A stretch of DNA of 63,552 bases, filler included, from Perkinsus chesapeaki ATCC PRA-425 (lineage: Eukaryota > Protista > Perkinsozoa), in the NCBI GenBank assembly GCA_013115145.1. It is 3 parts of 3 records of this genome, joined end to end, with 100 filler letters (N's around TTAATTAATTAA, not from the genome) between each part and the next. Parts side by side here need not be neighbours in the genome. Positions count along the whole stretch, not along the records: positions 30,268 to 56,183 come from JAAPAO010000516.1; positions 56,284 to 63,552 come from JAAPAO010001039.1; 1 more part is not named here. One strand, written 5' to 3'. This document shows, piece after piece, positions 46,640-59,900 of this stretch (position 1 is the stretch's first letter; each line of letters opens with the position of its first letter). The notes under the pieces were generated by a model, which saw only the letters and a program-made list of their open reading frames with translations, was not told where the DNA came from and searched no databases. A program made the position numbers and the translations under genes.

Positions 46640-49074
46640 TTGGGTGCCGCTTACAGCGATGACGAGGAGTCATCATCTGACGGGGAGTCTGAGACAAAGG
46701 AGAAGGAGGAACCAAAGAGAGGGAATGACGTGGTTGTCCCGCCATTGCGCAAGGTAGTACTTGCCAATTGCCCCCCAAATACGGCCGAATTATGTTCGCT
46801 TTGTCCAAATACTGATCCGGGGGGAAGCATACATTTTGGGTCAACGGTTTCCACCCACTGCAGACATATTATTTTGTGCTTCGAAGTTTGGACTTGAGAT
46901 CGATTCAAGGACATCTCGATTTTTAAAGTCGTTTCCACTTTCGGCGTCTTCTTTATGTGAACTGCCGCTTCCAGGGTTCTTAATGCCAATCTTCAGCCAT
47001 CGAAGACCGAGCCGATTGGGCCGATCCCGTCGAATGAAGACCTATTAGATTCAGATGACATCCGGAATTACGTTACAGCAGAATTGGCTGGTCTTGTAGT
47101 CTCTGGAACAGAGTAGTAGGGGAGGAAGTGATAGAAGGCAATCAAATCTGGGAGAAATCGACATGGGTTTCTGTGCCGGTTTTCGCCCTGGAAATGACCG
47201 GATTCCTTAACGCTTCTAGATCGAAGTTCTGGTGCGGGCTGCGCAAGAGTAGCAGCGCATTTTGCCGAGTGTAGTACATCCCTCCTAAAGTCTGATAACG
47301 ATAGGAGCTTGCTGTAGTACATCCCTCCTAAAGTCTGATAACGATAGGAGCTTGCTTGAGCTTTGGTGAACTTCGCTTGATTCCCATTCATAATACCATT
47401 TGTTAACAAGACTCTGCTTTAGATATGAGTATGATGTGGAAGATGATGGGCAAGGGAAGAAAAGGAGACGTAGGCCTCCACCACCTGCAGCCAAGAAGAA
47501 AGGTAATGACCGCTGGGGGGGCTGCTCGAGGAGGAGGAGGAGGTCTGCACGCTTTTCTAATTAATAAGTGGAATTCATCGCCGGTGTGGTGGAGGTCACT
47601 TGAAACCCTCCTTACTGGAGCAATCCTGTGTAAAACGAAGAAGGCACGGCCCATAGAGGGAGATGGAAGAGGGGTTGTCGTTGTTCCATTTACAATCACT
47701 TATTTCACAATTGGCACCGGAGTTCCTGAAACTTTACACCATTCCCTGTTGAACGGCTTGTAGATTCGTCGTGGCGATCGGACGGACAATAGTAACTAAT
47801 TTTTAAGTATAACTGTAGCTTATTTTGTTCTATACGTGAACTATTGAATAGTTTATCGGCAGCCACGGGACTCGGGTTGTGATTCAACTGCTCTATCGGG
47901 CATGTTTGGTATAATCATTCATTTCACTAAATGTTTGAACTCCCGCGTCGATCTTGACTTTTCAGTATTGGCAACTTCGGCGCTTCCAGCGGGTTTCTTC
48001 GATGACGAGGACAAGGCAGCTGAAGTGTTCGGAAAGGGTATGTTATGATTGCAGTATACTGAAGGCGAGAGACAATCACTTTCAGAAGCACCAAGCAAGA
48101 GGAAAGCGAAGGAGATTCAGAATGATATGCGCAAGTGATCCCTTACGAGCAAACTCCCTTGCGTGGGTGGCATTTTTAACCCTATGGACCGTCTTGGAGT
48201 GCATAATTTTTCAAGGAAGGCTTGCGCCTCCAGCGCCTCCGAAATTCGGTTCTACTGGAGAGCTGTCCGCGTCGACGTCGTTGAGTTTGAACGTTGAGAT
48301 TTTACTCAGATTGGAGCTCGAACTGGACGCGGGTGATCGTCGACGGCTGGTGGAGGGGAATGTGCGATATGAGGAAGATTCGGAGGTTATCACTGATGAG
48401 TGAGTCCACTCGTACACTTCAAACTTACATTCAAACGATATGAAATTAGTAATAGCTCCCTGATAGTACGTAATTGCTTATTATTAGCAGTATATAGTAT
48501 TTTCTATGTTCTTCATCAACAGCTGAGCTGAGCTGTTACATCAGCTACTCCATGGATCAGCAAGGCCAAAATATCATTACGGGGAGGATAATTTCGAGGG
48601 GATTTTGGCATTGCATGCTCCGCCGTCGTAGCTGGCCAGAGTTAACGTATTTGTAGGCGTTCGGCGAACAGACTATCGGTTTCCAAAAGCAGCTCTGGGT
48701 CAGCTTGATCGCGGATTGAAATGATCAGATACGTCCGATCACTTCATCATGATCAAGAGGAGCGAGAAAGGCATCTGGATGATATTCGAGACAAGCGTCG
48801 TCGAGTTCACGAACGCCACGAGCTTCACCTTCCTCCGCCGGCCGAGGAGTCCTCAGCAATCGATACGGAAAGCTCGAGCGACGTCGACATTGCATCACCA
48901 GAATCACCGCGGCGAGGTAAAGGTGCAAATAATTTCGCGGCGCGTGACTTCATCGGTCTAGATACTGAGAGTACTGGTCCAGCAAAAGCTGTTACTGTTG
49001 AAGATGAGGAAGATGAAGAAGAGGATTTCGATGAAGATGACTTTGCTGTCAATTGGCGTTCGAAGTCTATGTGA
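46640..49074 (+). CDS. Hypothetical acidic/basic low-complexity protein, multi-exon
   Basis: Exon-like frames with GT/AG ends: SDDEESSSDGESET.., YEYDVEDDGQGKKRRRRPPPP, DEDKAAEVFGK, and a last exon ending EDFDEDDFAVNWRSKSM*. Confidence 0.4.
47271..47356. repeat. Exact 43-bp tandem duplication
   Basis: GTAGTACATCCCTCCTAAAGTCTGATAACGATAGGAGCTTGCT occurs twice. Confidence 0.95.
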
Positions 49075-50844
49075 AAATTTAATAACGTCGTTTCAATGAT
49101 AAAAGTCTTGCGTCGTTAATAAGCCACCACCACTGAGATGATATTCTTCTTGTTGTTGTTGTTGTTGAACTGTTCCGAAGGTATGTGACATTCGCATATC
49201 GAAAAATGACAAAGCCACAGAGCCGGACGTTACAATCCACTCCTTATGGTGATTATGATTAACACTATATCATAGTGTCCTGAGGACGGCAGCACTACAT
49301 GAGTTACTTCAAGTAACTTATAAGTATCATATACTCGTAAGTAACTTACTTATGAGTATATGATCAGTGACACACTGGGTGTACGAGATTTTCAGTAAAA
49401 ACATTTGAAACGGTGTGACATATATATTCTGAATCCCCGTAGTTTTCTGTATCGGATAGTGTAATTAGTTTTCTGTGAGAATTTTTCTGACTTCACCACC
49501 ACCAAAACATACCCTGACTTGTGAGGATTCGTCTCTATATAGCTCGATTACTGTATTCTACTGTTGTGTATGTTAGTGGACCCTAGTATTGGTGGTTCCA
49601 CTAGACTGTTAATACGCCACGCTAAACACAGGATAAAGGCCAAGTCAAGCTCAAGCGCACTAGCTCGGCACATCCCAACTGTAGACTCGTACGTGATAAA
49701 TACATCCTAGGCTTTTTAGCATGGCAATTGAAGAAGATATGTCATCGATATCTTTTGAAGAGGAGACGGAATCTTTTAAGAAGTGAGATAAGCTTCCTCG
49801 ATGAGTAAAATATAAGCATGATCCTCATTAGGTACGGAATACCGGATTGGAGATTCAGAGAGATTGTCATGGCGTTTCGACACCAACTTGAGAAGAGTAG
49901 GAAATATCATCCTATTTCACGACAATGGAGGAAGGACAGATTGATTGACATAGTCAATGAAAGGTGAGCAGCGATGGTGCTACTGTCGGCGAATCCCACA
50001 TTCGGCATTTTCATGGTCACATTTGGTAAGGTTAACATACCAACAAACGACTGCATTATTGATGTCATTTGGGATTCGACCATCCGAGCAGGACCTCGAC
50101 AGAAGGATTAAGAACAATTCCAAACTACAAGGTCTCGGTAAGTAGGACTCAGTGTTGCTTACCTTCGCCACGAGTACCATGGTTTCGACCAAATGCCGCG
50201 AGCAGACTGATCGGACTAGCAGCAGAAGAGCTACTACATTCTTTGCCCTAGTACTGTTTTCTTTATCCTAAGAGAGCTTGGGGAGTAGAAGATTGTGCAA
50301 AGGAAATGTTGACATCGTCGAGTGGACAGTATTTGAGGAATGAGAGCTGTGCAATTGTATCAGTAATTTGATTATTCTGGTGAAAGTTTCACCGTGAAAC
50401 AATATTGCATAGCACGGCGAAAAGTTTTTGACAGGACTGGACTAGTAATTTCGAAAACAGGCTGCGACCGAGTTAATATAATACAGTATTTCACGTTGCA
50501 CGACCACTGTATTACACAGTCTGTGTAACAGAATGTCCCTGGGGCACTGTCCCAATATTGCCGTGCCGTGCCGGGGGGTCGTACTTGTGGCAACGTAATT
50601 AGTAGCGGACTTCTGTGGATAGTGTAGTAGTTATAGAAGTGACAAGGGCCTCGTAGGAAGGACCAAGTACGCAGATACAATGATAAGACTAGCGATCTGG
50701 CAGTAGATTCTACCAAAACCGCCTAAATCTGTCTAATCTCTCAACGGGACCTACGCGTACAAGTAGCGCGATCGATTGTGGACAGACGAATAATTAAAGG
50801 GCGCGTGGGAAAGCTCATGCTATGATAGCATTGTTGGGATAGCA

Positions 50845-51480
50845 TTGCTATCCCCACAGCAGAGTGTTTTCACCGACGCTAACGCCATCCTGACAGGAGG
50901 CAGTATACCTGGCCAAAGCTTGAATACTTGTATAACAGATTCGGCCAAGCACACGCGTTTGAGTCTTGATCAAGTCGTTGTTCTCCTCAACGAGTTGCAA
51001 CCTGTCGATGGCCTCACGAGCAAGTAAGCGGCTCGAACGTAGCCAATTCAGGATTAGCATCTTTGCGACTCCGCATTCTTAGACTGTTGGAGGCATTCCG
51101 ACATGAGGACGTAATGGAGAATCGTCGCGAGCCGAACCGTTTATCGTCCGTGATGCCCGGGAAGGCTTCCACAAGAATGGGGGGAGATAAAGGCGTCAGT
51201 GCCATGAGCAGGAGGAGACGAAGTTTACCCAGCTCAACTAAAATAGGAAGGTAAGTCCGGAGTATCTGAGAGGAAATATCCGAATAACTCTTCGACGACT
51301 TGATGCTCAATAATCTCGGTCTGTTGTTTTAGTGATGAAACCCATGGACCTTCGGGAGTTGTGAAAATCGATGACATAGCCGAGACCCTGGGGGGCTGGA
51401 AGATGAAGCCGGAGGAGATTAAGGAGGCCTTCCGAGGCCATCTTACGTCTGATGGTGAGATGAGAATTGTGATGCCATTC
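50845..51480 (+). CDS. Exons of a hypothetical protein
   Basis: Three frames (50845-51027, 51063-51254, ~51333-51454) ending at GTAAG/GTGAG donors. Full extent not resolved. Confidence 0.3.
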
Positions 51481-53479
51481 CGAGCCCGCCGAAAAATTGT
51501 ATCCTCACAATGAACTAATGATGTACTCTTGCGCACCAGGTAGCCCATTCAAAGTATATCGTTTGCATTCTTGGTGTTCGTGTGATAACCACCGAGTCGC
51601 TTGGAGGATGTATCATTTCAGGGAAACTCGATTATCCTCGATTTCTCGAAAGTATGTTATGTACCGAGATAACCCTTACGAATGTCATATGATGAATTGG
51701 ACATTGTTATGTCACTCAAAGAGTCTCGTGTTTTCATAGTACTGCCTTAACGATGGCAATAACGGCACTGTTGAAATCGATATCACAGTGTCATAATAAT
51801 TATGGTTGCGGAAACAGTTACTGAGTAACTGCTCTTTGAAGTGAAATTAGCATTCTACAGGGTGTTTGAATGTCATATGGCGAATACATTATTACACGAC
51901 GTTTAATACACGTATGGTACGTGACGTATCTATTCCGATGCATGCATATTAATGCATGGATATAATAAGAACCGAACCGGCCAGGCCGGTTCATCAAATC
52001 TCTTTGGTTTGCGGGCGAGCCAAGTTTTCAGGAACCTTAAAGGCGTAAATGCTTGCCGAGGTGGATAAAGCCGTTGATCAGGGCGATCGTACTGCATGGT
52101 CAAAGATTCTCCGCTCCTATTAGCACGGCTAAGTGTTGGTAACATTAAACGGTTATCCTGTTCGCAATGTTTGTAGACTTATGGCTTGAGCTTCAAGCCT
52201 TGAAGTACTGAGGAGATAATGGCACGAGTTTACGCGTGCGTGCATACGTACGTAGTGGTGGATCCATTCATAGCCTCATTGCCACGATTTTGTCATTCTC
52301 ACGAGAATCCTATCCGGGTCCGTTTCCGCGAAATTCCTGGACAAAGAGGAGCCGTCACCAAAGAGCTCGACCCCGGACCATTTAGGATCCGTCTCCTATG
52401 ACTCGTTTTTGGCCTGGTGCTCTTTGCTGAATACTATCGAGTAGCTGAGTCGAACTCCCACCGAAACTGACAAGACATCGTACCAGGTGTTACGAAGTGA
52501 AAACGGCGCTCAGAGGTTCTTGCAATTTCGAGCTTCGAAGATTCGAACACAACGTGGCTATTATATGCAACCTATACGAACTCTTAAACACAACCTGATG
52601 GCGTCTAACACAGTATACACATAACAGATATCACGAAGCATGAGTGGTGCTGCTGCAATACTAAATGTAGATGTTTAGTACGATCGAGCAGCGAAGCTAA
52701 ATCAGTATGGTTGGTCACGGTTACCGCCAAAGCAGCCGAGCAAGCAAGGTAGCTTCTTCTTCTTCCCCTTTTTCGTCTTCTCGTCCTTCTTCAACGTCTC
52801 ACGTCCCTTTGGTATACGTCTGAGTTGAGCTGAGAAAAAGCAAGGAATTTATACCATGAATGAGCACTTGTTCGAGCACTGAAATCTTGATTATCTTGAA
52901 TTCACATATGACTTGAATGTTGTTATTATTATCACTATGGTATGAACTATGCTTCAAGATGTCGTTAGGGAGTGTCGATCCTACCGCGTAGTATGCAGGC
53001 TCAGATAATAGTTATTGAATGAAAGTTATAGTGATTTTCCGATTCGTGATGGATTGTAGCTGACCACGAATACCGAGTGTAACAGTCCCACTATCATGAT
53101 GGTGGGATTCTATCTCAGAATCGGAGTTCCGGGCTCCAACCTCAGTACTTTTCTTCCCACTTACTAATACTACTTTCCTCAGAGGTTGTCATTGAAATAG
53201 TAAAGTCAATCACAGATCTCTAGTATCACACTAGACAGAATAGAAGCTACTAGAAGTAGGATAACAAGAGCTGAGCAATACTAGCGCACAAATGAATAAT
53301 CGATCACGTGGGTGAGCGAGATATAGTCTGCGCAGATACACTATTAGTCACAGTATTAATACGATGTACAGGCGACATAGCAATTTGGCTTGCAATGAGC
53401 ATCGTAACATTTAAGAACGCGCATGCAGGGACTAGAGTGCAGGTCATCTTGTATATATTTCAGCACTTCTGGAAAGGCT

Positions 53480-54345
53480 TTAGTCCAATATCTCACACCC
53501 GTAACGAGTCAGTCGCAGATATGACTTACAACAATCAACGATACAAAATTTCTTGTCAGGATCATCTGCCAGATGGGCATAAGACCCGCTCAACCAGAAG
53601 TCTGTGGTCCATGGAATAGCTATCCTCGCAATTGAGCGTGTGTACACTATCATATTCTCTTTGAGTTCTTCAATGGTTCTCAGTCGAATGAACTCCGATG
53701 TTGAAGCATCGTAAACGCGTTGTGGAGTTGGAACCATGAAGGAAAGACAGGCATCTCTCAGGTCGTTTTCGGTGACTTTATTGAACTTCGGGAGTCGTCC
53801 ATTTCCTATCCTTTCAATCTCTTTTAGTGAGCTGATATTCAAGTCCATTTCAGACAGAGGACTAACCTTACTGCACAAGGGAAGTTGAAGTTAAGCAGCT
53901 GGCAATTTCACCTGGTCAGCTCCCAGTAGGACTTGAATTCAATCGAAGATATCTTGAAGCCCCCTGCAGGATTCGTCATGGTCAGATTCAGTCTGTATTC
54001 TGCTTCTCGATACTTCTTCTGAAAAGCACAAAGGGATCTTCCGCGAATAAAACAAAAGACCGAGCTCTATGTAGTACTAATCCAAAAGAACAGCCGTAGC
54101 TCTTTCTCTCCATCTCATTCACACGCTTCTTGTTCATCTGGAAAGCAGCTCGAGTCGCAGAGCTCTTTAAGGTAGGAACTTTGACTGTTCCCCCTGGGGT
54201 CTCTTGGTGGAAAGTCGGGAGGACGGGAGCAGCTTCCAGAGCAGGCTCATTTAGCAATACCTCCATACTGTACTGTAATCCTTCAGGATTAGACCTACGT
54301 TGAAGGCAAAGAACAACTGTTGCAGCCAGAAGGACGGTCATAGTG
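53480..54345 (-). CDS. Hypothetical protein with a possible N-terminal signal peptide, multi-exon
   Basis: MTVLLAATVVLCLQ.. frame 53988-54345 and downstream frame 53480-53878. 3' end not resolved. Confidence 0.3.
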
Positions 54346-56283
54346 TTCGCGACTCGCTTTCTCACCCTTTGGTATTATATGTCAGTCGGTAGGCTCTCAT
54401 ATAGGCGCGGCCCCTCTGATCGTCAGTCGGGTAGGGCAGTACGATCTGAGAATTACCATTGTATTGCTTTGTATATACATCTATCATGCGTGTTGTTATA
54501 CCATTTGTAAAGCACGAAGAGTTTCAAATCATTGATTTGATATGATACAGTACTGTACGACAACATGATCGTTAATGGTGGAGCGTTTCTTCTTCTACCA
54601 GCGACGGTCTGGTTATGAGGCAACTCGATGTTCTTACTTTTTCGAAATTAGAACCATTATAATAAATGTACTCGCCCCTTCGCGGCCCCTGTAAAACAAT
54701 TACCAATACCACTTAGACCAGTTTGCCTACCTCGGACGACTCAGCTGAAGTAGCCTCGGAGGCGCTCAAGATAGTATAAGACAGACTTACGAGATGAAGG
54801 AATGATGTCAACATTCAATTTGATTAAGGAAAACCAAGTCTGCGAAACCTTGTCACCTTCTGAGTCGAATCACATCTATCGTTCGTCGGGAAGGAAGTGG
54901 CGCTCTAGTAGTGCACGATATCGCGGGGGGAGGTGATCCCCGGTAAGTGGAGACTGTCTCGTTTTTATTAATGTAGCGCTCGCTAGAGTAATCGATGTGC
55001 GGGCTAATTCCGTGACTAGCACGAAATACAGATTTCATATCAGGAGAGGCAGCGGTATGTTCCTACTCATTTGAGCTTTGTTTTGGGATCAAATTGCTCT
55101 GTTAATGAGACCACCCTGCCGAGCTCTCCGGTGTCTACCTCACCGGTCAGGTTGTGACCTATCACTTAGGTCGCAGAGCATGCCTGGCTCGCAGTTAAGA
55201 TGTAGAAGTTTCTTATAGCACCTTATAACTTATGGCATTTTTTGGTTCAGTAATCCTGGCGCTCAAGAGTTGTAGGAGGGAGTATATTGGGTCAATGCGA
55301 TCTGCTGGGATTTGAGTTATTGCTTAGCAAATCTAGATATAACTATTACTCACTCTTATCTAGAATCTTGTGGTGATTCGAGTCACAGCAAGTTTATGTC
55401 ATCAACACTTCAGCATCATCTACTACTGTTCATCATATTGGTGGCTTATGGTTATTCGACAGAAGGTGCGAATGGTTTGACTGATGGTGTTTCGGAAAAA
55501 GTTGCCGTCCGATGTACGGACCGACAGTGTACGGTCCTGTGCCAATAGGCCTCACAGAGGATGTATCAATGACGGTGAAGATTACGATTTTGGTCTTTAT
55601 GAGTTATAACAACTATCTCGTAGTCTTCACTGTAATGCTAATAACCCATTAGCATCCCCCACTCGAATTGCTGAAGCAAGTACGCTAAGCTTGAGTATTA
55701 AGCACTGAACAACTGACCATGGCGTTGTTACCGGGCTTCCCACAGTTGGAGGATAATATTATTGCTAGCATGACGTAAACGCGACTACTTTGTTTTGTAA
55801 TCTGCGAGTCGTATCGCAGTCATATGTTGGCCTTCCTGGCAATGTCGAATGAAATATAACTTATTTATGAAACTTTAGACGCTAGCTGCTCAGGGCTTAA
55901 TTCATTACGTCACAAAACTTGTTGTAAGCAAGAGTAAGATATAACCGATAGAATCTGAATCGCGCTTTTCTTTGTTGGCCCTGAAAATGGTGAATCGGAA
56001 TAAATAACACAAGAAGACTGAAAGCAGTGAAGACATGAGCGCGTGCCTCAAGGTCTGTGGCTTATCATAACTACAGCTGGTCACATAACACAAATGGAGA
56101 TGTAGCTTAGTGTGTTAAGATTTACAACGAAAGTAGACAAGTATACGAGGGTAAAAAACTAAGATGATGAGAAGGAAGGAACCNNNNNNNNNNNNNNNNN
56201 NNNNNNNNNNNNNNNNNNNNNNNNNNNTTAATTAATTAANNNNNNNNNNNNNNNNNNNNNNNNNNNNNNNNNNNNNNNNNNNN

Positions 56284-56845
56284 ACTCTTAAGGTTTCACC
56301 ATAAAAGAAGGCACAACCTCAAACGAGAAATGATACACCATCCACAACTGTGAGCAGTAACATTGTAGGCATTACGAAATGGCCAGCATTTTCCCACTTC
56401 ATGAAACTTTTGTCGCCACGAGCTAGCCAGACTCTTAAGGCTTCACCATAAAGGAAGGCACAGCGTCAAACCAGAAATGATACATCATCCACAACTGTGA
56501 GCAGTACCATTGTAGGCACGACGAAACGGTCAGCAACTTCCAACTTCGTGAAATTTTTGTCGGCAGGGGCTAGCCAGACTCTTAAGGTTTCACCATAAAA
56601 GAAGGCACAACCTCAAACGAGAAATGATACACCATCCACAACTGTGAGCAGTAAAATTGTAGGCATGACGAAACGGCCAGCATTTTCCCACTTCGTGAAA
56701 CCTTTGTCGCCACGAGCTAGCCAGGCTCTTAATTGCTTCACCATAAAAGAAGGCACAACCTCAAACCAGAAATGATACACCATCCACAACTGTGAGCAGT
56801 GACATTGTAGGCATGACGAAACGGCCAGCAACTTCGCATTTCATA
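56284..56845. repeat. 147-bp tandem repeat, about 3.8 copies visible after an assembly gap
   Basis: Anchor (A/G)CTCTTAA at 56284, 56431, 56578, 56725. ACAACTGTGAGCAG at 56344, 56491, 56638, 56786. Confidence 0.93.
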
Positions 56846-56919
56846 CAACTAGTTTACAACTATTAACAATTTATATGGTTGAACCTTACAACACAAGACA
56901 CCTACAATCTGCAGAAATG

Positions 56920-59900
56920 TGTGAATCACTGTGAGTGATTCACTGAACAGGGTGCACGCACTGTGTGTGAGAGTTTATAGTCCAACGCCCGGATAACCCG
57001 GAGACTCTCCGGCGGACAGTGCCCGGATAACAGTTCTAAAAATGCACTGCCTTTGATAGTCCGCACCGCGCACTAAACATTCTCACTGCCTTGACCTTCC
57101 TAAGGCCTTTTGTGAGGGTTCAAACAGAGTACAAAAAACAGACGCGCACTGTGTTTCTCTGGTTGCAGACTGCCACTGGCAGTTCAACACAAACAGAACT
57201 CTATCGTAGCTTTCGTGACTTTACTCGAATAATCATGGCTGATTCACTTGACCCACAGCAGAAAGAGGCTTATGACTGCATAATGAGCAGCATATGCCAC
57301 GAAGAGGATAATCCTCGTCACTTCTTTCTGGCAGGATATGCCGGGTGTGGTAAATCGCATGTTCTACGCATGCTTATCGATAACCTGCCAGGCGACTTCA
57401 AGCCCGTAGTCCTTGCTTGGACTGGGCTGGCGGCAAGCCTGCTTCCACATGGGATGACTGTGATGTCCTTTTGTGGACTCCAGTTCGAGTCGTCTGGTGC
57501 TGTCGGCGATAATGGCTATATGCGCTGCAAGAGTGACTTAGAACAACGTATGGTGGGGTATCTTAGGCGACTTGACGTAGAATGGGGTACGGTGAGACCA
57601 GTGATCTTCCTCGACGAGATCGGCGCCATACATGATACCGTACTTGATGCCTTGTCTGGAGCTTTCCAGCAGCTGCGGCCTCGAAAGTATCGTCAAGAAC
57701 CGTTTGGATCTATTCCGGTCATCGTGAGTGGAGACCCCTGCCAGCTCGGAAGGATCGAATTCTTCAAAGAATCACCAGCGTATCCTCCTGCGGATTATCC
57801 TACTCACCCCTTCTGGTCGAGTTCAACGTGGCGGGCTATGAACCCTATCGTCCTGTATCTGACGAATTTTCACAGGGGTGGCGATGGAGCTTATCTAGGA
57901 ATGCTCTCAGAGATTCGTTCAACTGAACGACGCAAACCTGGGTTACCTTCATTCTCAGCCGAGTCTGTTCGGGTGCTGGCCAAAATACGGGATCGTGATG
58001 GAGGAAAGGTTGCACCAAGGTGAGATACCGGAAAAGAGTTTGTCTGAAAGTTTACAAAGTGATGCTGTGATAGTACGTAATACTGTCTTATCTACAGGCT
58101 CAACCAGTCCGGCTGCACCGTGCAATGCATATTATAAATATGATATTAATGATATGAGTGATATGATATTGCTCTTATAGTTAGAATCGAAGTGGTAAAA
58201 ATCAGAAATATTCTCCCTGGAGCTATTGCATTCCGTATAGAGCTTAATACTCGTATTGACAATTCCATTGAATAAATTAGGTGGCTGAGACTTCAACTTT
58301 GATTACCTAGGATGCTCCTAGTAGGAGTTGTCTCCAACCGGAATCGAAACATGCGTGGTTAGAAACACGAATCCATATCAGCACACACAATCATACACCC
58401 CATATAGACTATATGATATAGTATGGTTCCCACACTACGTAATATAGGCAAAAAACATAGCAGAGAGCTGTTAGCTGATACACTTCAGGTTCTCTCACAC
58501 TATAATCTGCCTCACCAATGCGGAAGTAGATGCACACAATAAGGAGCACCTGGAAGCACTCGCTGGCGAGCTGACCTGCCTTCATGCCGTCGACGAGTTC
58601 TGCAACACACCGGCGAGGTTCAGGCTTCAAGACGTTGAAGCTATGGGATTCAAGAAGACGCTTTATCTGAAGGCAGGCTGCCGTGTCATAGCATCTGCTA
58701 ATGACCCCGCAAAGAGATTCGCTAACGGAATGGCCGGCACGGTCCGGCGCATACAATACATTTCCGACGAGCCTGTGGTTACAGTGCAGTTTGACACGGG
58801 TGCAAACTTGGTGAATATTCGTCGGCAAACTTTTGAGGTCAAAGCTCCTCCCCTTGGGACAAGTGTCTTCACTCGTAGACAAGTGCCCCTGGTCGTGTGT
58901 GCTGCGATGACAGCACATAAGGTAGTCGGTGCAACTCTAGAAGGGGCATGGGTCCATCTGCCCTTTTCTCATGCAACTGAGAGAGATGACGACTTGGTCG
59001 CTGAGTATTGGTCTAGGCCTTGGTTACTCGGTGCGTTGTACACGATCCTCAGTCGGGTTGGAGATAGTTCGAGAATAAAGGTGCACTCCCTGCGTCGCAC
59101 GGATGAACCGGGGCGTCTGAATCCGATATTCTCCATGGATGATGAAGCTCTAAAATTCGATGCCGCTTGTCGGAGGAAAAATTATCTGAAGAACCATTCA
59201 TTGCCTTCGGCTGAGCCAGGCCGTGGCAGCAGCTTGAGATCGCCCAACCATAGTGATCCGCCCCCGATCAGTAGCCAAATGGAAGAGATTAAGAGTAGCA
59301 TCAACAACCTGGGCATCACTTTGCGTGACTCACTCTCCGAGCAATTTCTTCAGTTGGTATTGTCACAGCACTTCTCAGCAGGCCATGGAGCCACTTCGTC
59401 GCAGGGATCCCCGATAAACCCTGTAATGTATTGTCTTATGAACTCTGGCCTGAATACCAAAGTGTCTAAGCTTTCGGTCGGCTCACAGCTCGAGTTCTAC
59501 CAGAAGCTCAGTGAACGCCTAAATGCCTTGGACGGGGCTACGGCAGCAACCGATATCGAGAATATGGCTGACGAAATCCTCCAACGGCAAAGAAGGGAGC
59601 AGCAGGTGAGGTTGGATCCGAGTGACTACGGTCCTCCTGAACCAGCTGAAAGAGTGAGGAGCAACGAGTCAACACCAAGCACGAGGAGTAACGCCGCTTA
59701 CCTGAACCCTGCGAGCATCGAGTCAGATGATCAGCAGCCTCGCGAACATGGCTCACCGGACTCGGGTAGTGCGTCGCCTGCCCAGGGCTCGAACATCGAC
59801 GCGGAGGCATCCCCAGAACAGGCTGATGAGCATGTGCAAGCTGACAATGGCACTGAGATCGAAGAAAGCGAGGCAAGTGACTTCGAGTTGCAAGAAGAAC

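Noticed and set aside
56284-56845. CRISPR-like reading of the tandem arrays (also 778-1072, 29671-30167, 46232-46399)
   Set aside because: Units are contiguous or have conserved spacers, there are no cas genes, and the context is eukaryotic.
57235-59200. Helitron call from the PIF1 helicase
   Set aside because: No HUH Rep domain upstream, and the same frame continues into a DDE transposase.
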